DNA of 64,000 nucleotides. Origin: Sandaracinaceae bacterium (GTDB lineage Bacteria; Myxococcota_A; Polyangia; Polyangiales; Sandaracinaceae). The stretch spans positions 120,774 to 184,773 of the forward strand of contig JBGAQA010000002.1 in NCBI GenBank assembly GCA_044220955.1, given 5' to 3'. Within the stretch, counting starts at the first letter, position 1; each line of letters starts with the position of its first letter. The position numbers and the translations under genes were made by a program. The notes under the pieces are model-generated. The model saw only the letters and a program-made list of their open reading frames with translations. It searched no databases and was not told where the DNA came from. This document shows, one piece after another, positions 1 to 9,136 of this stretch.

Positions 1-2
1 CC

Positions 3-176
3 GGGCCGAACCCGTTCTACTTCGGCGACGGAGGCGTGCCCCCGATGTTCGGGTGGATCGACCTGCCGCGCGTCACCGCGCGCTTCACGCCGATCCGCCA
101 GCTCCAGATCCGCGTGGACCTCAGCTACAACATCTACGGCTTCGGGTTCGGCGGCTCGCTCGGCTACCAGATCTGA
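3..176 (+). CDS. 3' end of a truncated gene, probable outer-membrane beta-barrel protein
   Basis: Open frame from the window edge to TGA 174-176: ...WIDLPRVTARFTPIRQLQIRVDLSYNIYGFGFGGSLGYQI*. Alternating hydrophobic beta-strand pattern. Not in the ORF track. Confidence 0.55.
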   Translation, partial: GPNPFYFGDGGVPPMFGWIDLPRVTARFTPIRQLQIRVDLSYNIYGFGFGGSLGYQI

Positions 177-191
177 CGCCGACCGCCGCTC

Positions 192-233
192 GCGAGGAAG
201 GCAGGAGGCAGCGATGCTCTCCCGCCTCTTCGC
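192..233. terminator. Imperfect hairpin between convergent genes, possible terminator
   Basis: gcgaggaaggcaggaggcagc-gat-gctctcccgcctcttcgc, followed by ttt, lies between two stop codons. Confidence 0.45.
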
Positions 234-235
234 TT

Positions 236-751
236 TCAGCGGCCCACGATCGCGATCAGCTCGACGTCGAAGACCAGCATCCCGCGCGGCCCGCCCCTCG
301 AGTGGCCGTAGGCGAGCGACTCCGGGATCCAGAAGCGGCGCACCTCGCCGACGCTCATCAGCTGCAGGCCCTCGGTCCAGCCGGGGATGAGCGCGTCGAC
401 CGGGAACGTCGTCGGCTCGCCGCGCGGGTGCGAGCTGTCGAACATCTGCCCGTCCGTGGTCCAGCCCGTGTAGTGCACGGTCACGCGGTCGTGCAGGTCG
501 GGGCGCGCGTTGCCGTCGCCCGGCCGCAGCACGCACCAGCGCAGGCCCGAGAGGCTGCGGCGGGCGCGCTCGGGTGGCGCGGCGACGTCGGCCGGCGCGC
601 GCGTAGGATCGGCGGTCGGATCCCAGCTCGTGCACGGCGCCGGCGTCGTGGCCACGTGCTCGTCGGACGCCTGCATCACCGGCTGCGGCGCCGGGCGTGC
701 GCCGCACGCGCAGAGAGCGCAGAGGGCGCCGACGAGAGCCAGCGCCCTCAC
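236..751 (-). CDS. FKBP-type peptidyl-prolyl cis-trans isomerase (lipoprotein)
   Basis: VTVHYTGWTTDGQMFDSS...LIPGWTEGLQLMSVGE...WIPESLAYG...LVFDVEL; N-terminal lipobox-like ALCAC; GTG start overlaps the glgA stop (GTGA). Confidence 0.9.
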   Translation of the reverse strand: MRALALVGALCALCACGARPAPQPVMQASDEHVATTPAPCTSWDPTADPTRAPADVAAPPERARRSLSGLRWCVLRPGDGNARPDLHDRVTVHYTGWTTDGQMFDSSHPRGEPTTFPVDALIPGWTEGLQLMSVGEVRRFWIPESLAYGHSRGGPRGMLVFDVELIAIVGR

Positions 752-2205
752 GACAGGAGCGCCCGGTACACGTCCACGTACTTCTGCGCCTGCTTCGGCC
801 AGCCCAGCTGCGCGCGCATGCCGTTCGCCTGGATCTCGCGGAAGCGGTCGCGATCGCCCCCCGCGCCACTGCCCCAGAGCTCGAGCGCGTACTCCGTCGC
901 CCAGCGCAGGCCGCGCGCGTCGAAGTGATCGAATGTCACGCCGTTGCCGTCCGAGCCGCGCCCGCGGAAGAGCGTCACCGTGTCGGCGAGCCCGCCCGTC
1001 TTGTGCACGATGGGCACCGTCCCGTAGCGAAGGCTGTACATCTGGTTCAGGCCGCAGGGCTCGTAGCGCGAGGGCATGAGGAACATGTCCGCGCCCGCCT
1101 CGATGAGGTGCGCCATCGGCTCGCTGAACGCCCGCACGAAGCGTGCCTTGTGCGAGTACTGGGCCTGAAGGCGCGCGAAGAGCTGCTCGTAGCGCGACTC
1201 GCCCGTGCCGAGCACGACGAGCTGCACGTCGTGGCGCCCGAGCACGCCCGGGAGCACCGGCTCGCAGAGGTCGAAGCCCTTCTGCCACGCGAGACGCGAC
1301 ACGATGCCGATCACGGGCGCGCGCGGGTGGTAGGGCAGCCCCACCTGCTGGAGCAGCGCGCGCTTGTTCACCTCTTTTCCCTGCCAGTCACCGCTGCCGT
1401 AGCGCTGCGGGATCAGCCGATCGCGCTCGGGGCTCCACTCGTCCTCGTCGATGCCGTTGAGGATCCCGACGACGCCGGGGCCGCGGTTCCGCAGGAAAGG
1501 ATCCATCCCCACGCCGTGCTCAGGCGTCATGATCTCGCGCGCGTACGTCGGGCTCACCGTCGTGATCGCGTCGGCGTAGAGCACGCCGTGGAGCATGAAG
1601 TTGACCTTGCCCTCCTTGAGGAGGTCTTGGTGGAAGTTCGACGCGATCTCGGCGAGCCCGGTGTCGGGCAGGACGCTCGCGGCGAAGCTGCCCTGGTAGC
1701 CGATGTTGTGGATGGTGAAGACGGTCTTGGTGCGATCGAACAGGCGATCCCAGCGCAGCGCGGTCTTCACGATCAGCGGCATGAGCGCCGTCTGCCAGTC
1801 GTGCGCGTGCACGATCTCCGGCGGCCAGCCCCAGGCCTGGCACGTCTTGAGCGCGGCCCACGAGAGCACGCAGAAGCGCAGGTGCTCGTCCGGGTCGGTG
1901 GTGTAGATCGACGGGCGGTCGAAGAGCTCGGGGCAGACGACGAAGTAGCAGGGGACGTCGGTGCCCGGGAAGTGGCACGTCGCGATGCCGAAGCGGACCC
2001 GCCGGCCGCCCAGCTCCACCGAGAGCTCGGGGAACACCCAGCTCAGGGGCTTGGCCTTCTCGCGCGACTTCGCATACAGCGGCACGAACACGCGCACGTC
2101 GTGGCCGAGCGCGCGCAGGTGCTTGGGGAGCGCGCCGCACACGTCGCCGAGACCACCGGTCTTGGCGAAGGGCGCGACCTCGGAGGAGACGAAGAGGACT
2201 CGCAC
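748..2205 (-). CDS. glgA: Glycogen synthase
   Basis: SSEVAPFAKTGGLGDV, HAHDWQT, TIHNIGYQG, PSRYEPCGLNQM motifs. Confidence 0.96.
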   Translation of the reverse strand: MRVLFVSSEVAPFAKTGGLGDVCGALPKHLRALGHDVRVFVPLYAKSREKAKPLSWVFPELSVELGGRRVRFGIATCHFPGTDVPCYFVVCPELFDRPSIYTTDPDEHLRFCVLSWAALKTCQAWGWPPEIVHAHDWQTALMPLIVKTALRWDRLFDRTKTVFTIHNIGYQGSFAASVLPDTGLAEIASNFHQDLLKEGKVNFMLHGVLYADAITTVSPTYAREIMTPEHGVGMDPFLRNRGPGVVGILNGIDEDEWSPERDRLIPQRYGSGDWQGKEVNKRALLQQVGLPYHPRAPVIGIVSRLAWQKGFDLCEPVLPGVLGRHDVQLVVLGTGESRYEQLFARLQAQYSHKARFVRAFSEPMAHLIEAGADMFLMPSRYEPCGLNQMYSLRYGTVPIVHKTGGLADTVTLFRGRGSDGNGVTFDHFDARGLRWATEYALELWGSGAGGDRDRFREIQANGMRAQLGWPKQAQKYVDVYRALLS

Positions 2206-2255
2206 GGCGAGAAGGATACGGCAGGCCAGAGCGCAGCTGGCGAGCTTTGCGGGCG

Positions 2256-2828
2256 TCAGGGACCCGCGTCGGCGCCGTCGAGACCGCCGGCGTCCACGAA
2301 GGCCGCCCCGCTCGGAGCGGTGACGATCTCCACCTCACCGAGGGCGTCGACTCCGTCGCCGGTCACGCGGGCCCGGATCAAGAGCCGCTGGCCCGGCATC
2401 TCGTTCCAGCCGAGCTGATCGAAGATGGGCCCGTCGACCAGGCGCGCGTCGAGCCGCGCGAAGAGCGCGTGCAGCGGCCCGACGCCCGGGAACTCGCCGA
2501 GGGGAGCGCGATCGGGGAGCGTGAAGTTCCACAGCGTCACGTCGAACGATGGGTCGACGCCGGGCGCGAGCGCCCCGTCGATCGCGACGGCGGGCACGAT
2601 CATCACGCCGCCCTGCGGTCCGCGGACCAGCGGGATCGCGTCGCCGTCGTGCCAGGGCGTGAAGATGGCGCCGCTCTCGCGCGTGCCGATCTCGACGCGC
2701 GGGCGTGCGGCGTCGTGACCGGCCGGCGCGGCGTCGACCGTCGAGGCGCCGGCCGGGCCCGCACACCCCGCGAGCGAGATGAGCGCCGAGAGCCAGACGT
2801 GCGCGCGGACCACGCCAGAGGATGACAC
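2256..2828 (-). CDS. Hypothetical lipoprotein
   Basis: Lipobox SLAGC and a GPQGG motif typical of myxobacterial lipoproteins; start uncertain. Confidence 0.65.
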   Translation of the reverse strand: MSSSGVVRAHVWLSALISLAGCAGPAGASTVDAAPAGHDAARPRVEIGTRESGAIFTPWHDGDAIPLVRGPQGGVMIVPAVAIDGALAPGVDPSFDVTLWNFTLPDRAPLGEFPGVGPLHALFARLDARLVDGPIFDQLGWNEMPGQRLLIRARVTGDGVDALGEVEIVTAPSGAAFVDAGGLDGADAGP

Positions 2829-2870
2829 GCCGCTTTACGTGCCGCCGCATCGGCCGTATGCCTCCGCGCG

Positions 2871-3863
2871 ATGGGCGACGGAGATCCGCGCACGAAGATC
2901 GGGCCCCCGGGCGCACCTGGCCCGGCCGCCACCGGCAAGAAGCCGGACTGGCTGCGCGTCCGCCTGCCCGGCGGCGAGCGCTACGAGACGCTGAAGCGCA
3001 CGGTGCGGACGCTCGACCTGCACACCGTCTGCGAGGAGGCGCGCTGCCCGAACGCGGGCGAGTGCTGGGGCGAGGGGACCCTCACGATCATGATCCTCGG
3101 CGACACGTGCACGCGAGGTTGCCGCTTCTGCGCCGTGACCACGGGCGATCCGCGCGGCGTGACCGATCCGCGGGAGCCCGAGAACACGGCGCGTGCGCTG
3201 GCGGCGCTCGATCTGGCGTACGTCGTGCTGACGATGGTGGATCGAGACGACCTCGCGGACGGCGGCGCGGCCCACGTGGCGCGCACCGTCGAGCGCATCA
3301 AGACGAACGCGCCGAAACTCCTGGTCGAGACGCTGGTGGGCGACTTCGCGGGTGTCCGCGCCGACGTGGCGACCGTGGTGACGGAGGGCCGGCCCGACGT
3401 GTTCGCGCACAACGTCGAGGTGGTACCAGGGCTGCAGCGCAAGATGCGCGACGTGCGCTGCTCGTGGGAGCGCTCGGTGGACGTGCTGCGCTGGGCGAAG
3501 GCCGAGGGCGCCGCCGTCACGAAGAGCTCGCTCATGGTCGGCTGCGGCGAGTCGGAGGGCGACGTGCGCGAGGCGATGGCGAAGCTGCGCGAGGCCGACG
3601 TGGACGTGGTGACGATCGGCCAGTACCTGCGGCCGAGCCCGAAGCACGCCGAGGTGGTCCGCTACGTGACGCCCGACGAGTTCGAGCAGTACCGGCAGGC
3701 AGGCGTCGCGCTCGGCTTCCGCTACGTCGCGAGCGGCCCGCTCGTGCGCTCGAGCTACCGCGCCGCCGAGGCGTTCATGACGGGGATCCTGCGCGCAGAG
3801 CCCGGCGTGCTGCTCGCGGATCGCTACGGCAAGAAGACGCACCTGCCGGTCGTCGGTCCGTGA
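2871..3863 (+). CDS. lipA: Lipoyl synthase
   Basis: KPDWLRV, CEEARCPNAGECW, radical-SAM CTRGCRFC, QYLRPS, GPLVRSSY. Confidence 0.97.
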   Translation: MGDGDPRTKIGPPGAPGPAATGKKPDWLRVRLPGGERYETLKRTVRTLDLHTVCEEARCPNAGECWGEGTLTIMILGDTCTRGCRFCAVTTGDPRGVTDPREPENTARALAALDLAYVVLTMVDRDDLADGGAAHVARTVERIKTNAPKLLVETLVGDFAGVRADVATVVTEGRPDVFAHNVEVVPGLQRKMRDVRCSWERSVDVLRWAKAEGAAVTKSSLMVGCGESEGDVREAMAKLREADVDVVTIGQYLRPSPKHAEVVRYVTPDEFEQYRQAGVALGFRYVASGPLVRSSYRAAEAFMTGILRAEPGVLLADRYGKKTHLPVVGP

Positions 3864-4612
3864 TCGTCCGGCAGCCGAGCGCGACGCAAGATCGCGCGCC
3901 GATTGCGTCGACGACGGCCGTGGGCGCGCTGTGTCTCGCGGCTGGGCTCTGGCTCGCGCACGGCGCGATGGGGCATCCGGTGCCGCAGGCGAGCGAGGCC
4001 GACGTGCCCGCGTTCGCCGGAGCGCCCGCCGAGGGCGAGGGCGAGGGCGAGAGCGAGAGCGAGGGCGAGAGCGAGAGCGAGAGCGAGGGCGAAGGCGAGG
4101 GCGAGAGCGACGGCGAGAGCGAGAGCGAGAGCGAGAGCGAGGGCGAGGGCGAGAGCGAGAGCGACGGCGAGGGCGAGGGCGTCGCGGCGCCACCGAGCGT
4201 CGCCAGCCCGGTGTCTGCGACCCCGCGACCGCCTCCGCCGATCGGCACCGGCGTCGCGGCGCGCGTCCGCCGCGGCCGCGTCGCCTACCTCCGCTGCGAC
4301 GGCGCGCCCCCGGCGTCCGGCCCGTTCCCGTGCCCGCGCGATGCGGCCCTCGAGGCCACGGTCTGGGCGGCCGTCGACCAGCTGCTCGCCTGCACTCCGC
4401 CGCTGCCCCCCGGCCAGGCCGATCTCGTCCTGCAGTTCGATCGCGCCGCCAGTCCCGAGCTCACCGTCACGACGCGGGACACGTTCCCCGAGGATGCGAT
4501 CCGGACCGATGCCGCGGCCGTCGTCACCTGCCTCGGGCCCACGCTCGCGGCGAGCACCACCACGGTTCCCGGTGACTTCGTCCGGGTCGGCTTCCGCTTC
4601 TCGCTCGACTGA
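3860..4612 (+). CDS. Hypothetical membrane/secreted protein with acidic EG/ES linker
   Basis: GTG overlaps the lipA stop; hydrophobic segment, then a Glu-Gly/Glu-Ser tract, then a Cys-containing C-terminal domain. Confidence 0.6.
   Translation: MIVRQPSATQDRAPIASTTAVGALCLAAGLWLAHGAMGHPVPQASEADVPAFAGAPAEGEGEGESESEGESESESEGEGEGESDGESESESESEGEGESESDGEGEGVAAPPSVASPVSATPRPPPPIGTGVAARVRRGRVAYLRCDGAPPASGPFPCPRDAALEATVWAAVDQLLACTPPLPPGQADLVLQFDRAASPELTVTTRDTFPEDAIRTDAAAVVTCLGPTLAASTTTVPGDFVRVGFRFSLD
4031..4180 (+). repeat. Hexanucleotide tandem repeat GAG(G/A)GC, about 25 units
   Basis: gagggcgagggcgagggcgagagcgagagc... read directly from the sequence. Confidence 0.9.
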
Positions 4613-4618
4613 CCCGCG

Positions 4619-4870
4619 CTAGCGGGCGACCTCGAGGGCCGTCGGCTCGCCCGAGCGGATCTCCAGGCGGTAGCGGCTGTTCGCGGTCTGGATGTAGTAG
4701 ATCTCGCGCCCGCAGATCCGCATGACGCGCTTGACGGGCGTGGTCACGTACTCGTGCAGGCCGTCCGGGAATTCGATGACGAGCACGGCCCCTTTGCGAG
4801 GTGGGCGAAGCAGGCGGCCGACCACTGCGCGGCCAGCCTTGCGCCCCATCTTCCGCAGGACGACGTCCAC
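4619..4870 (-). CDS. Small basic hypothetical protein
   Basis: GTG start, VDVVLRKMGRK...EYVTTPVKRV...YIQTANSRYRLEIR; preceded by TACTTT-N6. Confidence 0.65.
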   Translation of the reverse strand: MDVVLRKMGRKAGRAVVGRLLRPPRKGAVLVIEFPDGLHEYVTTPVKRVMRICGREIYYIQTANSRYRLEIRSGEPTALEVAR

Positions 4871-4937
4871 GAGACCAAAGTAGCACGAGTCATCTGGCCG
4901 GCAAAAGGCCGTGTTAGCTTCCGGGCGGACGCTTTCC

Positions 4938-5522
4938 ATGCACGTGATGCACGCCGAGATCGGCTGGGTGGAGGTCATCTGCGGCCCCATGTTCAGCGGC
5001 AAGAGCGAGGAGCTCATCCGCCGCCTGAAGCGGGCCGCGATCGCCCGCCAGCCGCTGCAGATCTTCAAGCCGAAGATCGACGACCGGTATCACGAGACGA
5101 AGATCGTCTCGCACTCGGAGCACTCGATCGAGGCCACCCCGGTCGCGAGCGCCGCCGACGTCGCCCGCCTGGTCGCCCCCGAGACGCGCGTGGTCGGGAT
5201 CGACGAGGTCCAGTTCTTCGACCCCGAGATCGTCGGCGTGATCGAGCGGCTGGCCGACGGCGGCGTGCGGGTCATCGCGGCCGGCCTCGACCAGGACTAC
5301 GCGGCGCGTCCCTTCGACCCGATGCCGCAGCTGCTCGCGCTGGCCGAGTACGTCACCAAGTCCCTCGCGATCTGCAGCCGCTGCGGCGCCCCCGCCGGCC
5401 GCTCCCAGCGGATGGTGGCGACCGAGAGCCGGGTGCTCGTCGGCGCCGCTGACGCGTACGAGCCTCGCTGCCGACGGTGCCACAGCAAGCACGCCGAGCC
5501 GCGAACCGGCAACCTGTTCTGA
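4938..5522 (+). CDS. tdk: Thymidine kinase
   Basis: [30 protein letters not shown]; Zn ligands CSRC and CRRC. Confidence 0.96.
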   Translation: MHVMHAEIGWVEVICGPMFSGKSEELIRRLKRAAIARQPLQIFKPKIDDRYHETKIVSHSEHSIEATPVASAADVARLVAPETRVVGIDEVQFFDPEIVGVIERLADGGVRVIAAGLDQDYAARPFDPMPQLLALAEYVTKSLAICSRCGAPAGRSQRMVATESRVLVGAADAYEPRCRRCHSKHAEPRTGNLF

Positions 5523-5634
5523 CCACGCGGCGCGCCCCTCGTCCGGGCGCGGCGTGCGATCGCTCATGCCGGAGGACTATCGCGCGAGGGCGAGCGTGGC
5601 GTTCAATCAGCGTTTCGCTTCGCCGGAGGTGCCC

Positions 5635-7062
5635 ATGGCTCGCTGGATCGTCGTCTCGATCGCCTGCGCCGTCGTCTCGGTGATGGGCTGCACCACCACT
5701 TCGGCGAGGCGCCCCAACGTCGACACGGGCGTGACCCCCGGTGACGACGCCGGGACGGTCATCCCCGGCACCGACACGGGCCCGATCATCCCGCGCGACA
5801 TCGGCCCGCCGCGCGACGGCGGCCCGCTCGACAGCGATTCCGATGGAATCCCGGACGCGGACGAGGCGACGTACGGCACCGACCCCACCAACGCCGACAG
5901 CGACGGCGACGGCGTCTCGGACGGCGTCGAGGTGCTCGCCGGGACCATCCCCACCGACATCACCAGCACCATCCCCCCGACGGACTTCTACGTGGTGCTG
6001 CCGTACATGGATCCGGAGCAGCACCGGAACCTCGACTTCACGGCGCGGCTCGGGCGCGCCGACGTCTACTTCCTCGTCGACACGACCGGCTCGATGGGCG
6101 GCGCGATCATGAACGTGAAGAACTCGCTTCGCGACGTGATCGTCCCGGCGATCAACGGCGCGATCGCGGATGCGGTCATGGGCGTCGGCGACTACCGCGA
6201 CTATGCCGAGACGCCGGACGAGCCCGCGACGTACGGCGACCCCGGCGACTGGACGTTCCGGAGCCGTCAGTCGATGACCGCCGACGTGACCGCCGTCGCG
6301 GCGGGCCTGATGATGCTCCGCCCCGGCGGCGGCGGCGACGAGCCGGAGTCGGGCACCGAGGCCCTCTGGCAGGCGGTCTCGGGCCCGTGCGCGGATGGCT
6401 CGGGCTTCGGCGCGGCGTGCTTCCGCTCGATGAGCCACCCGATCATCGTGCTCGTCACCGACGCGCACCTGCACAACGGCCCGGACTCCGCGTACGACTT
6501 CCCGAGCTCGTTCGGCCTGCACACGTACTCCGAGACGATCGCGGCGATGAACGCGCAGAACGTGAAGGTCATCGGCGCCGCGGTCGGCCTGCTCGGCACG
6601 TTCGTGCCCCAGGCGAACCTGAACCAGATCGCGATGGACACGGGCTCGCGCGCCTCGGACGGCAGCACCACCGTCTACCGCGCGGGCATGGGCCGCGTGA
6701 GCGACACGGTCGTCAACGGCATCGTCGACCTCGTCGGCGCGGCGAGGCAGGACGTCTCGGCGCGCAGCATCGACGACACGTCGGTGGACACCGTGGACGC
6801 GACGCAGTTCATCACGGCGATCACCCCCGCCGGCTCGTCGCGGCCCGTGACCAGCATGGACCTGACGACGTTCTACGGCGTGCCAGGCGGCACGACGGTC
6901 ACGTTCGACGTGACGTTCGTGAACAACACGATCCCGCAGGAAGGGCACCCGCAGCTCTACAAGGCGTTCATCGAGGTCTTCGACGTCGCGTCCGGCACCG
7001 CGCTCGACCGCCGGAACGTGTACATCGTCATCCCGGCCATCGGCGGCAGCGTCGTGATCTGA
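5635..7062 (+). CDS. VWA (integrin-beta-I-like) lipoprotein with thrombospondin type-3 Ca-binding repeats, CglD-like architecture
   Basis: RBS ggaggt; lipobox VMGC; DSDSDGIPD/DSDGDGVSD repeats; MIDAS DTTGS; GGGDEPES; IIVLVTDAHLH. Confidence 0.8.
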   Translation: MARWIVVSIACAVVSVMGCTTTSARRPNVDTGVTPGDDAGTVIPGTDTGPIIPRDIGPPRDGGPLDSDSDGIPDADEATYGTDPTNADSDGDGVSDGVEVLAGTIPTDITSTIPPTDFYVVLPYMDPEQHRNLDFTARLGRADVYFLVDTTGSMGGAIMNVKNSLRDVIVPAINGAIADAVMGVGDYRDYAETPDEPATYGDPGDWTFRSRQSMTADVTAVAAGLMMLRPGGGGDEPESGTEALWQAVSGPCADGSGFGAACFRSMSHPIIVLVTDAHLHNGPDSAYDFPSSFGLHTYSETIAAMNAQNVKVIGAAVGLLGTFVPQANLNQIAMDTGSRASDGSTTVYRAGMGRVSDTVVNGIVDLVGAARQDVSARSIDDTSVDTVDATQFITAITPAGSSRPVTSMDLTTFYGVPGGTTVTFDVTFVNNTIPQEGHPQLYKAFIEVFDVASGTALDRRNVYIVIPAIGGSVVI

Positions 7063-7089
7063 CGTTTCGGGGGATCGATCCCATCTCCT

Positions 7090-7242
7090 GGTGCTCTCCG
7101 ACTCCCCCTGCCCGCCCGGCGGGGACAGCAAGCCGAACCGACGACGTCCAGGAAAACAGGACGACGTCGAGATGTGCGTGTCACCCCCTCACCGACTCGG
7201 TTCGCCGGCCTCCCGCCTCGGAGCGAGCGGGTTGGAAGCTCC
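7090..7242. ncRNA. Long imperfect stem-loop, candidate structured RNA of unknown family
   Basis: Nested complementary arms: ggtgctctccgac/gttggaagctcc, ggcggg/cccgcc, cgaaccga/tcggttcg, plus an inner hairpin. Confidence 0.35.
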
Positions 7243-7265
7243 CGCGGGTCTGTTAGAATCGCCGA

Positions 7266-7436
7266 ATGAGCCACCGCCGACGCCTCCGGGAGCTCCTCGC
7301 GGACACGCGAGGTGTCTCGATGACCGAGTACCTCATCATCGTGTGCCTCGTGGCCATCGTCGGCATCGCCGCGTGGACCAAGTTCGGCAACACGGTCAAG
7401 ACGCGCATCGGCGGACCTTCGTCGGCGCGGCCCTAG
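7266..7436 (+). CDS. flp: Flp/Fap family type IVb pilin (56 aa)
   Basis: [41 protein letters not shown]...: prepilin Gly cleavage site, E+5/Y+6 Flp motif, hydrophobic helix. Below the ORF-track length cutoff. Confidence 0.88.
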   Translation: MSHRRRLRELLADTRGVSMTEYLIIVCLVAIVGIAAWTKFGNTVKTRIGGPSSARP

Positions 7437-7488
7437 TCACGCTGCGGACGTTGCGAGGGGCAGCGCGCGCGGGCACGCTCCGCGCGCC

Positions 7489-9063
7489 ATGAACGAACGC
7501 GTCGTCCGACTGGGTGAGCCCTTCACGCTCGAAGCGCTGGAGTCCGTCGCGCTACGCCAGAGCCGGGTCGTCCTGCCGGACGCCTCGCGCGCGAGGATCG
7601 ACCGATCGCGCGCGGCCGTCGACGCCCTGGCCGCCGCCGGTGATCGCGCGCCGAACGTCTACGGAGTGAACACCGGCTTCGGCGCGCTCGCCGAGACGCG
7701 GATCGCCGCCGATCGCATCCGCGCGCTGCAGCGCAACCTCGTCCGGAGCCACGCGTGCGGGGTCGGTCCCCTGCTCGGGCGCGAGGTCGTGCGGGCCATG
7801 ATGCTCCTGCGCGCGCAGACGATCGCGCTCGGGTTCTCGGGCGCGCGCAGCGTCATCGTCGAGCGGCTGATCGAGATGCTCGAGCGCGGCGTGCACCCGT
7901 GCGTGCCCTGCCAGGGCTCGGTCGGGGCCTCGGGCGACCTCGCCCCGCTCGCGCACCTCGCGCTCGTGCTGATCGGCGAGGGCGAGGCCGAGCACGAGGG
8001 CGCGCACCTCTCGGGGGCCGAAGCGCTCGCCGCCGCGGGGATCGCGCCGCTCGAGCTCGAGGCCAAGGAAGGGCTGGCGCTCATCAACGGCACGCAGCTC
8101 ATCCTGGCGATCGGCGCGCTCGCCGTCCTCCGTGGTGAGCGGCTCTGCACGAACGCCGACGTGACGGGGGCGATGTCGCTCGAGGCGCTGAAGGGCAGCG
8201 CGCGGCCCTTCGACCAGCGCATCCACGACATCCGCCCCCACCCGGGGCAGACCGCGACCGCCACCAACCTGCGCGCGCTGCTCGCCGACAGCGCGATCGC
8301 CGAGTCCCACCGCGACTGCAAGAAGGTGCAGGACCCCTACTCGCTTCGCTGCATGCCGCAGGTCCACGGCGCGACGCGCGACATCCTGGGATACGCGCGG
8401 CAGGTGCTCGAGCGCGAGGTGATCGCCGCGACCGACAACCCGCTCGTGTTCGCGGCCGAGGACGCGTCACCGGACGGCGGTGGCCACGCGGACTTCGTGA
8501 GCGGCGGCAACTTCCACGGACAGCCCCTCGCGATCGCGCTCGACGCCGCCGCCATCGGGATCGCGGAGCTGGCGAACTGCGCGGAGCGTCGGATCGAGCA
8601 GCTCGTGAACCCCGCGATGTCGAGCGGCCTGCCACCGTTCCTGGCGCCGGACACCGGGCTCGACTCGGGCTTCATGATGGCGCAGGTGACGGCGGCGGCG
8701 CTGGTCTCCGAGAACAAGGTGCTCAGCCACCCCGCGAGCGTCGACTCGATCCCGTCGAGCGCGGGCAAGGAGGATCACGTGTCGATGGGCACGCTCTCGG
8801 CCCGCAAGTGCGCACAGATCGCGGAGCACGTGCGTACGGTGCTGGCCATCGAGGCGATGGTCGCCGCGCAGGGGCTCGATCACCGCCTTCCGCTCGAGGC
8901 CGGCGTCGGCGTCCGCTCCGTGCACCGCGCGCTGCGCGCCGAGGTCCCGACGCTCGAGGGGGACCGCCCGCTGCACAAGGACATCGCGCGCTGTGCCGCG
9001 ATGATCGACCGCGGCGTGCTGGTCGAGGCGGCCTCGCGAGCGATCGGCCGCGCGCTCGCGTGA
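7489..9063 (+). CDS. hutH: Histidine ammonia-lyase
   Basis: [11 protein letters not shown] motif [43 protein letters not shown]. Confidence 0.96.
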   Translation: MNERVVRLGEPFTLEALESVALRQSRVVLPDASRARIDRSRAAVDALAAAGDRAPNVYGVNTGFGALAETRIAADRIRALQRNLVRSHACGVGPLLGREVVRAMMLLRAQTIALGFSGARSVIVERLIEMLERGVHPCVPCQGSVGASGDLAPLAHLALVLIGEGEAEHEGAHLSGAEALAAAGIAPLELEAKEGLALINGTQLILAIGALAVLRGERLCTNADVTGAMSLEALKGSARPFDQRIHDIRPHPGQTATATNLRALLADSAIAESHRDCKKVQDPYSLRCMPQVHGATRDILGYARQVLEREVIAATDNPLVFAAEDASPDGGGHADFVSGGNFHGQPLAIALDAAAIGIAELANCAERRIEQLVNPAMSSGLPPFLAPDTGLDSGFMMAQVTAAALVSENKVLSHPASVDSIPSSAGKEDHVSMGTLSARKCAQIAEHVRTVLAIEAMVAAQGLDHRLPLEAGVGVRSVHRALRAEVPTLEGDRPLHKDIARCAAMIDRGVLVEAASRAIGRALA

Positions 9064-9136
9064 TGCGAATCGCGCACCTACCCGCCCGATCGGAGCGAAT
9101 CCGCGGACTTGGATGGGTGTGGAGTGACCCCGCGGA

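Noticed and set aside
4031..4180. Tandem repeat as CRISPR, or as alternative RARARA / SLSPSP proteins
   Set aside because: It is a simple 6-bp microsatellite with no spacers and no cas genes; the other frames are by-products
7090..7242. Assignment of the stem-loop to SRP RNA, 6S RNA or a c-di-GMP riboswitch
   Set aside because: I could not find the diagnostic motifs (SRP CAGG..GGAA..AGCAG, GEMM GCAAA..GAAA) by eye, so it is left unassigned
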